Shown here: positions 38,428 to 51,600 of the stretch, piece by piece
Position numbering within the stretch: position 1 is the first letter of the stretch
How the letters are laid out: every line of letters starts with the position of its first letter
Source: Trichosphaerium sp. ATCC 40318
Lineage: Eukaryota > Protista > Tubulinea
DNA: 64,000 nt
Assembly (NCBI GenBank): GCA_038496445.1
Contig: JALMLS010000256.1
Location: forward strand, 200,456 to 264,455
Reading direction: 5' to 3'
Translations under genes and position numbers: made by a program
Notes under the pieces: generated by a model
The model's input: only the letters and a program-made list of their open reading frames with translations
What the model was told of the DNA's origin: nothing
Database searches by the model: none

Positions 38428-39113
38428 TGTACATGTCAACAACTAGATACCAATAAACAAAATAACTTTATCTTGGCTTTAGCTTCATAGGTATTATGGT
38501 TTATCATTGACCAATTCTAACTCAATAATAGACTTCAATTTATCTAGCTTTGCCTTGTATTTCTTGATTGCACTTATCAAATGGTTGTTCGATCTCCTCA
38601 TCTTCTTCACTGCTAGCGTACTCTTCATCACGTCTTTCTAATTCTCGTGTGAAATAATCCAAGATTTACGTACTTGTGTTAAATTCCATGTAGACATTCA
38701 AAAAACTTAGATAGCAACTAAACCAAAAAAACATTATTATCTTTTTGCTTAAGAATGACTACTAATGCTGTACCTCTCGTAGCGTATACGTCACCATAAA
38801 AGCCATGCTTCACTTCACAATAGGAGTACTCGAAAGTGCCATTTGAATCCAGTGTGGTGTTTGCACTCTAGATGGAATTCCCACGTTTTGAACCGGAAAA
38901 CTGGACAGAGCATCGTGAGTAAGTGCCATTACGCTACATACTAGGTTAACTTATATTTAGCAACAGCAAGCCCCACACAAATCTATGGTGACTATAGATA
39001 CTATCAGCATTGACGTACGTGGGTGTTACAGTTGCTGTAATGCTAGGACACTAAAATTAATCACATTCCATTACAGGATTTGACGAACTCAAGTTAAGTG
39101 TACAATTAGAACC

Positions 39114-41115
39114 ATGATCGGAAAGGCATTTTTGAGAAGAAGACTTGCGTCTTGTATTTTGTTTTAGATATTAATGGCTACGTACGTATATACTGTGTAG
39201 TTTGGAGCCGATAATTTACGATGTAGAGTACGAGGAGAAATGTTGATCAACACATACAATAAGAATCCATCTTGAAAAGCAATGGCCTTTTACTGGTTGG
39301 CGTGGGCAGCATGTTAAGAATCTAATTGCATTTTTAGTTTATTTAAGTCTGTTTCTAAACGCAAAAATTGAAATTAAAAGCTACGCAGTATAACATTCTA
39401 CAATACAGTCACTTTACAAAGAGACAACTGCGTATTACAGCTTCTACAGTGCCTCACCAGTCTAACTACGTTACCCAATATCAAAGACGCACACTTATCA
39501 GACTTTGAAAGTCTTAAAAAGTTTGTTAATACCCAAAGGCGTAAACCAGTCACCATGTAGATCACGGAAAGCGCTTGTATATTCTATGTGGGCCATGCTT
39601 ACGCGTTTTCAACAGTGATCGGTGTTGTTGGTGCAGAACCAGCTCGAAAGAGCTTAAAAGTATCGTGAATCTAAGAAGTACGCATTGTGGCTCTTGTTAA
39701 TGCGTCAGAGTCGACAAAAGAACAGAAAAATGCTATTTTGAACTGAAAGAGCGCCAAAAAGGTTACAGTTTATACGGCTATCTCTCACATTACATACAAG
39801 CTTATTTGAGAGTAAAAATCAGTGGAAAATCGGTAACGGTATGATCACGTTTTTTTGAAACCGAAAAGGCACATTACATATTCAAACCGTCACCGACGCT
39901 ATGATTCTTTTACGTTATAAAATCAAGGCATATTTTGAGCGACGAGAGCTTAAGGAAGCTACAACAGAAAGATCAACCCTTTTTGGATCAAAACAACACG
40001 GAAAACATCTTATTTTAACATCAATAACGTACAAGTAGTAAATAAAGGTTGATTACGCAAAGTTCTTGGTCTTCAGATTCAAACGATTTTGTATTGACTG
40101 TTAAATATAGATGAGTATCAAAATACGCCTGGAACATCCCATACGGGAACGTAGAAACCGGTGTAAATTACATTTATTTCTCTTTTCGAATTTCACTTTT
40201 TTTCACATTTGTTTCTCAACATTACAATCCCGATTTACTTCATAACTCCATATCTTAAAACCCAACATCAAAATCCGTATATCTACTATCAATTGTCCAC
40301 GATATGCTTCAATTACCATGTACAACGCATTGAACCGGTTTTCTCAAAAACCGTAGCAAAACCACAATTTTTTTGCAACAAGAAATTACTTGGTTAAAAG
40401 CAAAATCGATTTTTTTGTCTAGTGGAAGCATACGAATACTACAACTACAATATCTATACTTCTGCTTGACATGTCAAGACTACTCCGAGCAGTGCGAAAG
40501 TACGCTCGTAAAAAATACAATTCTCTCCTGGGCAGACCACTAGTGATTAAAGTCACGGTCACAGTCCCTAAAAGCATCCTGGTTAACACCAGACCAAACT
40601 ACACATACGCTCTGACTTGGGACCCACAGGTAGAAGATCTCTACTACCCACCTACAGGCGTATCAAATATCGTAATGATATCCAGCTATGACATAGATCT
40701 AGCAAAAATGGCATTCGAAGGCGGAAGCCCAAGAATGTAAAAAAAAAAAAAACAAAAAAAAAAACAAAAAAAAAACAAAAAAAATTTTTGCTGCAAGAAG
40801 AAAATCCTTTGCAACAAGAGGTTGTTGCTCCCTTTTTTTATACCTAGTAATCAATATGAATGTGAGTTTTAATTGAGGGTGATGACAAACTGTGGACACC
40901 ATGTTTGCTTCAGTCAACAAATTTATTTTGCAGTAAATGCAAAACACAAAAATACAAGTACTACCCTTAGTGACAACTGACCGTTGAGGTACTCTGGTGA
41001 AGCCATTTTTTAGATTACTTCAGTGTGATGTACTATGGTCGTATTTGTCACAATTATAGAATGGGCAACACTTGTTAGGACCCATATTGTTTTAGTGTTG
41101 AATTTTTTTTGGATG
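39114..41115 (+). repeat. Cassette A copy 2 (inverted; 305-bp internal deletion)
   Basis: Reverse complement of 24975-27307; breaks 5 codons into the kinase-like ORF. Confidence 0.93.
40471..40740 (+). CDS. 89-aa basic orphan protein (copy 2)
   Basis: Intact ORF; 3 nucleotide differences from copy 1 seen, 2 of them synonymous. Confidence 0.55.
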   Translation: MSRLLRAVRKYARKKYNSLLGRPLVIKVTVTVPKSILVNTRPNYTYALTWDPQVEDLYYPPTGVSNIVMISSYDIDLAKMAFEGGSPRM

Positions 41116-41247
41116 GTCAAATACAAATAAAATGTAATTGAACACATGTGTTCATTGTTGTCAAGTTTATTGGTAATTAGGCTACACGATCAAAGAATTT
41201 TATTTTGATTGAGTACAACAGTGTTACAAGACCTGTGATTGGCTCTT

Positions 41248-42501
41248 TTACATTCTTCGGCGCCTGCGGATATTAATTTTAACCGTAGGATCGCTTAAAT
41301 GTTCTTCAATAAACTGGTCGCATGATAGATTTCTAGGAGCACTCTCACAAGGAGTACAAATATCCATCATGTCATCTTCACAGCCTCCTAGTATGTCCAA
41401 CACCTCTTGTCTCTCAACTGGTACCTCTAAAGGCGCTACTGGTTGTTCCAGAACACTGCCTTGCTCATCAAAGAGACCAAAAGGTAATTCTAGTTCCATG
41501 GAACTTGTGGGGTCTTTGCTATCAAGTGGATGCTGCTTTTCATCTTGATACTGACTATCTTCCTGTTCAGGCAAAACTAGAGGAGAATACTGATCAGTGG
41601 GATACACTCTGTTGTCAGTTTTAGACCGATGTGCAATAGGACAAGAATTTGTGAGAGCAGAAGAAGGATTTGTCTCTAGAGCGTTGCTATTCTGTTTGTC
41701 ATTCTTCTGTTCTTCAGATATCTCAAGAGAGGTCTGACTCTGATTGACAAAATGAAGCTCGTTGGTCGTCTTAGGAGTCTCTGTGGAGCTATCCGTTTTT
41801 CTGCGCTTTATGAAAGAGGCCTCGCGTTTTCTGAAACTGACCTTTCTCTTTTTACGTAAATCTAAAGCATAAAATAAGACACAAGTTTGAGAGCCACGTA
41901 AAAAACTTGATTGATCGATATTTTGTCGATTTTCGGAAATAGATTAAGTACGTACAAACTCTTTTCTCGCCTTTGGGGTCATGTGATTTGAAAGTGCCAG
42001 GTTTAACCTCAGCCTGAAAAGGATTGATAAAGAACTCAAACCAAGTTCTATTGGTACTAAGCAACAGTTAGCTAGATTGACGGTTCGAACCCTTTTTTTT
42101 TTTTGGTATTATTTCACGCACGTCACTTGAGGAGTACTTGTTTTGAGCGCTGGCTTTATAACTTCTCCATAGAACTTTGGTCTATTTTGTACAATGGTAT
42201 CTTTTTCATCTTTAACGTCTTCTTGTTGTTCTTGAAGAGATTGATCTGGGGTCACCACGTACTCTTCAGTATCAGGAGAAGGTTCGTCTTAACAAAAAGT
42301 CAGTTTAGAATTCTACTACGTTCATAGTGTAGTTTAAATGAACGTACTGTAGTGTTGATGTATCTGCTGGTTGTCTGGTTCGGTATCCAACTGCGGATAG
42401 AGGTGTGGAGGTTGTTGGCGCGAAGTTAAAGCGTTTTTCATGTTATCTGTTGCCGAAAAACGAAAACTGAGAGGTACTGTTGTATATGAAGGAACACTCA
42501 T
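41248..42501 (-). CDS. Orphan NLS/acidic protein, cassette B copy 2
   Basis: Same exon structure as 7377-8575; RTWFEFF, LRKKRKVSFRKREASFIKRRK. Confidence 0.7.
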
Positions 42502-43159
42502 ATGTATTCCGAAGTAAACTCAACGTATGTTTACTGTAGATAAAATAAAAAGAAGAGGTTAAGTCTAGTTTGGAATAAGTGGGCTTTTTTTGGTTATCAA
42601 TCATTAACGATTAGACTTTCATTGGCTGGTTTTACAATCATTATTTTCATTAAAATAGTATTTGACAAACAAGTAGTAACTATCTTTTTTACTGAGAGAA
42701 TGTAATGTGTTGTTGCGATTTAGTTAAGTGCAAGTTATGTAATGTTACACGTTTACATCGGATTTGACCCGAAAGTTCGCTATTTTGGGGAAGCTACAAG
42801 CCTGATTTTTCGGGATTGTCAACATAGGTAGCCTTTTGCAACTCTGCAAGCTAGTTATATCATTAGTGTACCTTATGGAGTACCTTATGGAATACTTTCC
42901 GTGAGCATAAGAACTGAAAGTCATGCACGTGCTGCTAATTGTGAGTAGGTTTAACGTTAAAATAGCATAGAATTATTACACATAGAGAATTAAATTACTA
43001 AACACTGGATTGTTCTCCAAAACCAGGCGAAAGCTGAGCTTTATTTCAGGCAGCTAGTTGTTACAAAAGTATACTCCATTCCCTATACTGGTGGTTGTTC
43101 TATATAAAATAACACTCTTATCACAACTATCATTACAAAGGTTTACCTAACATTTTACA

Positions 43160-44366
43160 CATTCACTGACGCTGCTCTTAGCCTTGTAACACTTTCCTAT
43201 GTAAAACTCTGTAGTAGATTGTACGTATGTACAATATGCACATACTCTAATGCTTCTATACCTTCACCTGTCACATTGTTACCAACATGAAGGGTGTGAA
43301 CACGTTTTAGTGCTTTGACTCCTTCATTTGTCACATTGCAATCAGTAATATCTATCTCGTGTACTCCAGCAAGTGCTTTAACACCTTCGTCTGTCACCTT
43401 ATTACACTTGGAAATATCAATTGTATGCACTCCTGCAAGCGCTTTAATGCCCTCATCTGTCACATTCTTACAATACTTAAGGTTGATTGTGTGAACTCCT
43501 GCAAGCGCTTTAATGCCCTCATCTGTCACGTGCTTACTAAAAGCAAGGTTGATTGTATGAACTCCTGCGAGTGTTTAATGCCTTTATCTGTTACTTGAGA
43601 ACAAGAGTCAAGATCGATTGTATGCACTCCTGCAAGTGCTTTAATGCCTTTATCAGTGATACGATGACAATAACTAAGATCAATGAATCTAACTTGACAA
43701 GCACTTGCTATTTCCTTAAGATCACTATCATTGATACCTAAACGCCTTGATGGTATTATTTTACGACATCCAGCAAGTAATGAAGATAATGTGTTATTTG
43801 TGTAGACCATATGAACCTTGCTGTTATTTATAATCCCTCTGTAGTGTCTTATCTTCCAGATATCTGCGTATCGCTTGAGATGAACTTTTTTGTATCCAAC
43901 AATATCATGAATAATATCAGCCATAAGATGACAAGATTGAGCAACAGAAAACCTATCTTTATGATCTGTGAACTGTAGAATATTCGAAATAACTTCTGTA
44001 GGGAACAATAGAATGTTTGATTGGCTGTACAGTAACGTTGATTGTGTTCTATTGTAAGAGTAAGTAAAAACAAAATGTTTTTTTTTTTTTTTTTTCAACG
44101 TACGTTTCTTGTTGCTTTAGTTTATGTGCCACAGACTCGTTAACTTGTAGTGCTCGGTTATTTTTCGTGTTAATTATTGTATCCACGTGTTTTGAAAGAA
44201 GTTGATCAAGTTGTTTTGTCAGGCTTTCGTTTACAACAGTAATGACACGCTCTACTTGTTTTAGGAATGTTTCGTTTCGTTTTGCCATTATTTTGCCAAA
44301 AGCACCTGTGTGGTGCTCACGAAAGTATGTTAGAGCCTGATCTACTGATAAACCTGAGAAATTCAT
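43160..44366 (-). pseudogene. F-box-LRR, cassette C copy 3 (frameshifts near 43570 and 43200; may be intact if these are assembly errors)
   Basis: MNFSGLSVDQAL exon, conserved intron, FPTEVISNILQF F-box, GVHTIDL LRRs. Confidence 0.85.
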
Positions 44367-44711
44367 GATTTGATGCTTAAATAATCTCGACGTTTTTTGT
44401 CTAAGTTATGACTGACCTTGACTGATTATGTGTAGGTTTTTTATACTGTGACAAGTTCTAATGTAACATAGCAGGTTCAATAACCTAAAGTACATTATCT
44501 AACAAAGCCACCTAAGTTTAAATCTTGCACAACCTTAAACTTGAATATGCACAAAATAATATCTTCTTAACTTGTTCAACAAGTAGAGTGGCTCCTTTAT
44601 GGTAAACTTGAACATTAAATAAACAAGTATAGTATGTTTCTAGCTATCAAGCATATTTATTTGTACAAAGGGGACATTGCAATTGATTAACTTGTGAGTT
44701 TGTCTCTTTTT

Positions 44712-45963
44712 TTAAGGGTTGTTTCCAATGGCCTTCCAAAAATGTGGATCTTTCCTTAATTTAGTGTCTACCTTGTTATACCAGTTATTCAGTACACTTG
44801 TAGGTATAATCGAATGCACTAGTAAAATAATAAGAAAGGAGGCTGGCAATTTTCAAAAAAAAGAGAAACGAGAAAAAGAAGAAGAAGAAAAAAAGATAGA
44901 AGTTGTTTGTTGATGTACTTTGACCCATGTTATCACGAATACTTGTTGTAAAGCTACCAGCATAATTGAAAAAATTAACCAACATTTTTTGACAAAAGTC
45001 AAGCATGACGGGTAGTTTAGGTGTATCCTTCTGTCCTATAGAAAACAAATAAGAAAAAAGCCAATAATATTAACTTGTTTTGGAGTTTTTTTGAATGTTC
45101 TGCAAATTCTCTGCACCTAAATCACGTGGGCAAAGATGCCTTTGTAGAAAATGACACAAAGAACTTGTGAAAAATAAAAAAAGTTATCAATCCGATTTTT
45201 CTGCAGACGTTGGTGGAGCAAACTTAAAGAAGAAGAAAGAACAATGTTTCTGGAGTTTCTGAAAAGTAAGACAAAAAAATATTAGTGCTGCGGCTATATC
45301 CTAACGTAGGCAGTATATTGGTGCACGCAAAGTTGTTGAAAAACGTAAAACCCGTGACGTAAAAGAAAGTAAAAAATAAAAAAAATGTACCAGTGTTGTA
45401 ATGGTTTTGAAGGGTGTCGAGATCCATTATCTCCACACCAATCTGAGCAACGACATTCTATGGTATAGTTAATAAACAAAGATACTTTGTGTAATCAATT
45501 TAGGTAAGTATCACGTGTTGGTGTCAAAAACTTCATTGAAATCTAGCTGAAATTTGGCGGGTTTTTGAATGAAATTAGCTTGTTTGGCGTTCGTACTTGT
45601 CCTTGAACTGTAAAACCGCTCTAAATCGCCATTAGATGTGTTATAATAACGTTTTTACCTGTCTATAGATTCGAAAAATGGCACTAGGCTTCGTATTCGT
45701 TACACCGCCCAAAAACGTCCAATTATCGTATGGAGGCCATGATATATGTACTGCAGCGCCTGCGCCATCAGGTAAAGGCGCACTACCTTCATTGGGTTAT
45801 TCAACGTTTAACTAAAGCGCTTCCGTGTCTAATACGCACCAGTCATGAACACAGCAAGGTGATTTACAGATGACGCATCTGGTAAAGCAAACACAAGCTT
45901 ATTTTGACTCACGGGCTTTCCCTCCGTATTAACTAAGCGTCCAGCGGCTAGAATAGCAAACAT
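44712..45963 (-). CDS. Hikeshi/OPI10 (DUF775) family protein, multi-exon
   Basis: MFAILAAGRLVNT; VNHLAVFMTG; PLPDGAGAAVHISWP..WTFLGGVTNTKPS; DFCQKMLVNFFNYAGSF; WYNKVDTKLRKDPHFWK. Confidence 0.92.
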
Positions 45964-46772
45964 AATATTTGTTTAACGAACAAAGAAAACAAACTTTTGT
46001 AACTTTTCTCATCGAAGTCAAGATTTTTGGCCAGAGAACAAACACCGCCTTCTGGGCTTCATTTTTTTCTTGACTTCGCTCATAACTAGAAGTGCGCGTG
46101 GTCCCATCCGGGCTATTTCTAAACGGTTTACTCGGCGATGAAGTTGGACCGAAACAGAATTTTTGAAAGTCTCTTTGTTTGTTTAGCCAGCAAACGCCCG
46201 CCTCTAGTCTCAACTTGTGATAGCAATCCTATTACACTACATCACATGCTCTTCCACAGTACTACCTTCTTTTTACCATTCTCACAAATTGGAGGCAGCA
46301 TCGCTGAGACAGTTTGAACTTTACGAAATTGTGATTTTTGATATTCACGAGATTTCGAGAATCTTTGAGACGTTTTTACTCACCTCAGAACCATCTTAAA
46401 CTTCAATTGTTAGTTCTAACATCTATCTAGGATTCTATACTTATAGCCACGAAAACAATTTTGCGATTTGTTTATGCTGTGCCGAGGAAAAGTACCGACA
46501 GTCAAAGCAATTGTTCAAAACACACTTTTTCAAAAAAATCTGCAACTGCCCAAAAGCGATGCTGCCCCTGGGTTAGCAATCACGAAAAACAGAGCTGCTG
46601 CGACACCAGTAACAACATTTCTGTCACTGGATCCGTCTTTGGTGCCTTGATTACAAAAGCAATTATTTGATGTTGCAAATAGTATTCACTTGCTTACTTC
46701 AGATAAATTCTCTTCTGGTAAAATTCCTGGCAAAAGCTCACTTAAAGTACAATTATACTTTATTACAACTTC

Positions 46773-48302
46773 ATGGCATTGAACAACACCACCTTTCCAA
46801 AGCAAATTAACAATTTAATAGCAAACTTTGCCTTAGACAACGGCTACCTGCTATGCCCTGAGTTTTTCGATACACAGGAGCTAGAAACAGCAAAAACATT
46901 GGTTGATAGTACCCTTAGTACCGTAGGCATACCACAAACTAGAGAAGAAGCTAAAAAGTGGGTTAGAGCAAAGTCCAAAATCCAAAGACAAAAAACTTTA
47001 TTGGATTTGGTGAATAAGTCAAAGTTACGTAGAGTTCTGGGTTGCCTTGTATCACAAGGCATCCAAGACGTATCAAGCTGTCAAATAGCGTACAGGTTTC
47101 CTGGAGAAAGAGTAAAGGAGTATGATAATGACGGTGAAAGGTTTTATATCAATGATTGGCATATAGATAACTACACAACAAAGGATATGACTCAACGGCA
47201 ACGTATTCCTCCAGATTTTACCATGCTTGTTGGTATTTACTTGGAAGATAATATATCACGTGATCAAGGAAACTTCGTTGTGTTTCCTGGTGGACACCAC
47301 CAAATGGAAAGCTATAGTTGCAGTAAAGGTGGCCAACCTTTTTTTGAAGAAGATGGTTTGGTATCATCACGAAAAGAGATTCCATTGAATGAACCTTTCC
47401 AAATTATGGCCAAAGCAGGGACAGTAATAGTTGCTCATCGCATGCTACCACACTCAACTGCACCTAACCGATCTGATAGCTATGTACGCCGCATTCTGTG
47501 GTTCAGAGTTAGATGTGCAAAACGGACAATCAATGTGAATGACCCGGAGACATTCCTTGACATATGGAAGGAATGGAAGCCTTTACTTTCTTGCACAAAG
47601 CGTAACTTGTATTACACAATTACCAACCCGGTTCTGAGGCAATACTACACTGACTGCTTGTCAAAAGTTCGACAACTTGGCTATGGACATGTGATGTCTA
47701 TCACACCAGATTTGATAGTCATTCGCTGTAGGCCGCTTATTGGAGAGCCAAAACTTTATGCCGGGATGGTAACCGTTAAATGTGAGTACCTAACTGGCGA
47801 GATTACAGTCCACACAGGTGGGTTTATTGCCAGATCTCATCACAAGAGAATGACCGTAGAAATACAATCAAAGACACAGAACACAATTGGTAAAGGGATT
47901 CCAGTTGTAGATTTGCTGCAAGTTGCAGAGTATATACGTACCTGTCATTACAGGGATATGATTGAGAGATGGTGTCCTAGAATACCTTGCACAAACGATA
48001 GTCCCCTTGAGAAGAGAGTTCTAAGATTTCATCACTTCAACTCCAAAACGAAAAGCACCTTTGTACAAGTTTGGGCACAACAGCTTGACCTGATGGGGCT
48101 ACTATGTAATGGAAAGCCTGGTTTCCTTGTTGTAGTAGGAAAATTAGAGAACGTACAGACATTCTTTACTCGATTTGAATGCTTCCACTGGCTGAAAGTA
48201 AAAAGTCTTAATGTTGACTTTGATCATACAAAACTTGAACCTGGCTTCCATCGTACAATGACTCCATTGATGCCAGAGTACCTTAAGACTATACTCCAAT
48301 AA
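46773..48302 (+). CDS. Intronless PhyH-type 2OG-Fe(II) dioxygenase fused to RWD-like and DUF1115-like domains
   Basis: WHID, GNFVVFPGGH, AGTVIVAHRMLPHSTAPN..RRILWFR; C-terminal FHHFNSKTKS..WAQQLDLMG...GKPGFLVVVG. Confidence 0.8.
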   Translation: MALNNTTFPKQINNLIANFALDNGYLLCPEFFDTQELETAKTLVDSTLSTVGIPQTREEAKKWVRAKSKIQRQKTLLDLVNKSKLRRVLGCLVSQGIQDVSSCQIAYRFPGERVKEYDNDGERFYINDWHIDNYTTKDMTQRQRIPPDFTMLVGIYLEDNISRDQGNFVVFPGGHHQMESYSCSKGGQPFFEEDGLVSSRKEIPLNEPFQIMAKAGTVIVAHRMLPHSTAPNRSDSYVRRILWFRVRCAKRTINVNDPETFLDIWKEWKPLLSCTKRNLYYTITNPVLRQYYTDCLSKVRQLGYGHVMSITPDLIVIRCRPLIGEPKLYAGMVTVKCEYLTGEITVHTGGFIARSHHKRMTVEIQSKTQNTIGKGIPVVDLLQVAEYIRTCHYRDMIERWCPRIPCTNDSPLEKRVLRFHHFNSKTKSTFVQVWAQQLDLMGLLCNGKPGFLVVVGKLENVQTFFTRFECFHWLKVKSLNVDFDHTKLEPGFHRTMTPLMPEYLKTILQ

Positions 48303-48679
48303 TCTTCATACACAACATCAATCTTATGTAGTAATATTTCACTATCAATAAACTCACTATGCCACGTGGTGGTAAAGTTCACTATCAACAATTGTATACT
48401 CTTTAATTTTTCTTACTACACTCCAAAACCACCGCCTGCTTACAGAGCTCATTTGGTCAGTTTAGCAGCTTTTTGTTTTACTAGAAACAGAAAATAATTC
48501 ATACTGTCAAGAAGGTTCAATCCCTATTTTTTCGCGGCTGACACTAGTCAGGTCTCCCTGGAGGTAATTGGACCTCAAAGGGCCCTTTGATGTTTAGTTT
48601 TGTAAAATCAAAAAAAATAAAATCAAAAATCACAACAAGAGAGTTGAAATGTGAGAGTGTTTTTTTTAGCGAAGGAAAT

Positions 48680-51600
48680 TTATTGTTTAGCTGTTTGTAC
48701 ACAAGGTTGCTGGCCTAAAAGTCATTCCTTATTTTTTCTGTTATTATTCACCTCCGTAAGGTGTTAAAATTGTTGCTATTGGTTGAGGTGGTACTTTAAC
48801 ACGCAGTCGCGGCCTAAAATAAGTAAGAAAATGAAGGTTTCAGAGTCAGGTTAATTTTCAAGTAAGTTAAAGGGAAAAAAAGAATTTTCTCAGGAATCTG
48901 CAAAAAATGCTCGAATTTCCAAGTAACAATAAAAGATTGACAAAAAAACATAATGTCTTTATATTGAATATATATTGATGAATATCAAATTCGTTCATAC
49001 AAGAAAAAAAACAACTGATTCAATAAACTGATAGAAGAAAAAGATAAAAAAATTGTAGGGAGAAAAAAACATGTTGGATCATCGTACTTGGCAGCATTAA
49101 CAGCATTAACAAATTGTTCCATGGATCCATCCCAACCAGTAGGTAACCGGATTACAGTTACACCTATAACACCATTTTAATACAAAGGAGTGATGGCCGT
49201 TAAACAAAGAAAACAAGATTCAATTCAATTAAGGTATTTTTTTTTGAAAAAAGTGTTTGACGCATCACAAAGAGTTGATTGAATATTTCGGTGTCTTTCT
49301 CTCTCTTACCATACTGGTTTTTTAGTATATTCTGTTTTTCATATCCCATTTGCTGTCCTAGCTGATATATAAATCCAATCTTTAACTCTGGTACATAAAC
49401 AGCAAAGTTTGCTGTAAAAAAATTGTTCTCAAGATCTTGGAACTCGAAGTCCTTGTAAGCCTCAAAATGAGGGTAAAGCTCCTTTATATAATTGTAAATT
49501 ATCCTAAAGATAACATTAAATTACTAAAATGCGAACCACAAACTGGGAAAGAAGAACACTCCAAGAGTAAAAAAAGTACAAGAAAAAAGTTGTTGTTCAT
49601 ACCTTTCTTTTGGCTTTACTTTTAAAGAAAACTGCATACTATCAAAAGGATAGCCTGGGTATAGAGTTTCCAGCATTTGAGGATAATACCTTAATGCGCC
49701 ATGCCCTGCAAAATTGGCAATAAACCTTCTTGGTACCGCATACCAATCCTCTGGTTTTGAAATACGAGCTTGACCCTGCAATACTAGAATAGTTGTTAGT
49801 AATGTTATGTCATTTTATTGAAGAGCACGTGCTCTACACGTTCTCATATAAACAGTTAACCCCTATAGGTTGAAGGAAGTTTTGTAGTATTGTAAACAGC
49901 GGCGCAAAAGAACGAGTTGAAAACAAATAGGAATGAAAAACGACTTGTTAACAAATGTTGTTAAATTTTTTTGAATTAGATCTATTAACATATTTTATAA
50001 CATACTATTTAGGTATCTCTTTATATTAGATTCTTGTTGCCAAAATCCTCTTGGCTTTATTTCTCTGGTAGACCTACACGCGAGATTACAAGTTAGTTTA
50101 AAAAGTTTTTTCACAAACTCAAGAATTATTAGGGTGTTGAGTTCAAACTAAAACATCACTAACTAGTCCGTACATTATTTTGTTCCAGGGATATTTAGGG
50201 TACACGTTCTTAAGTAGTTTTTTTACAGAAGGCCCGTACCTACACAGAACAATAAGCAACTGAGGAAGCAATACATTCACCAAGAATAAAAGAAATCATA
50301 GCCGACGTGTTTGATGTTCTTATGAAGGAAAAACGTACATTGTGTATACTCTAAACCCTCCATTCTCCATGATCATCTCTCTTGGTATGCCTATCCAGTC
50401 TTCCAATGTCGCAATACCTAATTTGGCGGCTATATTATTCATTATCTCACGTTCATCATCAACATCACTTAACGAAGATTTTTGTCGACTATTTTATAAA
50501 AACAAAGGGAGGTCAGTCTATCAGGTACTTGTATATTCTGAACGTGGTATTAAATACTGTACCTCTTGAATTTTAATGGGTCCCAATTATAATTTGGTAG
50601 CATTGCTCTTAGCATTGTCAAACGACATTCATTGAATCTATAAAACGAAAAAAATTAGCGAACACTTTACGACTACTTAAGTATTTAATAAAATATAAAA
50701 ATTTTGTAAAAATCTGCTGTACATTGTTGTTATACCGCTTTGAAAATAGAATAACAAAGTATTGGTGGTGGTTTAGATGAGAAAGGTGAACGAAAAAAAA
50801 TATTGGCGTGAAAAAAATACATACACATTAAAGAAAGCACGATCATTGCTATGAAAGGTTCTCATTGGAATCTTGTACCAATCAGAGCATATCTTAACAT
50901 CATATCCCTTACACATTTCACGAAATACCTTTTTTAATGTATCATAATCATACGTAGGAGGTCTATAAAGGCAACAATGTTAACCAATAATAAAAGAGTA
51001 GAAAAATTCTTCTCATACTCGTTGAAAGGTCTCCAATGGTGTAATGGATAAGCGTCTATAGCTGCACGGTGTAAACTATGACACCTTTTTGATATGTGAT
51101 TAGATAACCGCTAGACAATCCAAAAATGAAAAATGTGACATATTGCAATGTGTCAAGTTTAGATTTGACATTCACATGCCTGTAATCCGACGTACGTTGA
51201 AAAAAGCTTTTCTTTTCGCTCAGTATCACCTTCTGCGATGAGATAGTCGTAGAGAGGAACGTATACAAAGTCATCTAATATTTTAACGTCTAAAGCTTCC
51301 GCATTGTCTTCAAAGAATTCTCGTAGGTATGTAGGAGCATATACTTGAACGTTTTGTTAACTCGCAGATAAAATATTTAAAAACGGCTTGAATTATATTT
51401 TACGCACCTATTTCCTTCTTTAAGAGTTTTTTTTGTACTTTAGCGACCGTTGCTGTCGTTTCTTTCACTTTTTCTTCTATTTGCTCTACAAACGGTCCTT
51501 TGGCCTCTCGCACCACCTCTTTGGCAATTTGACCCAGTAAGAAGTCTTTTACATTGGATAGATTGTCGCCAAGTTTTTTGACACCGCTCAGAATGGCTGA

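Noticed and set aside
38870-38945. Minus-strand A-box/B-box-like pair (tRNA or SINE)
   Set aside because: Stems do not pair, and the region reads equally well as decayed coding sequence
42082-42105. GGTTCGAACCC plus poly-T as a tRNA T-arm
   Set aside because: No cloverleaf or A-box; it lies in an intron and is absent from the paralogous intron
3700-44600. Autonomous transposon or intact endogenous virus
   Set aside because: No transposase, RT, integrase, polymerase, capsid, TIR or TSD could be recognised
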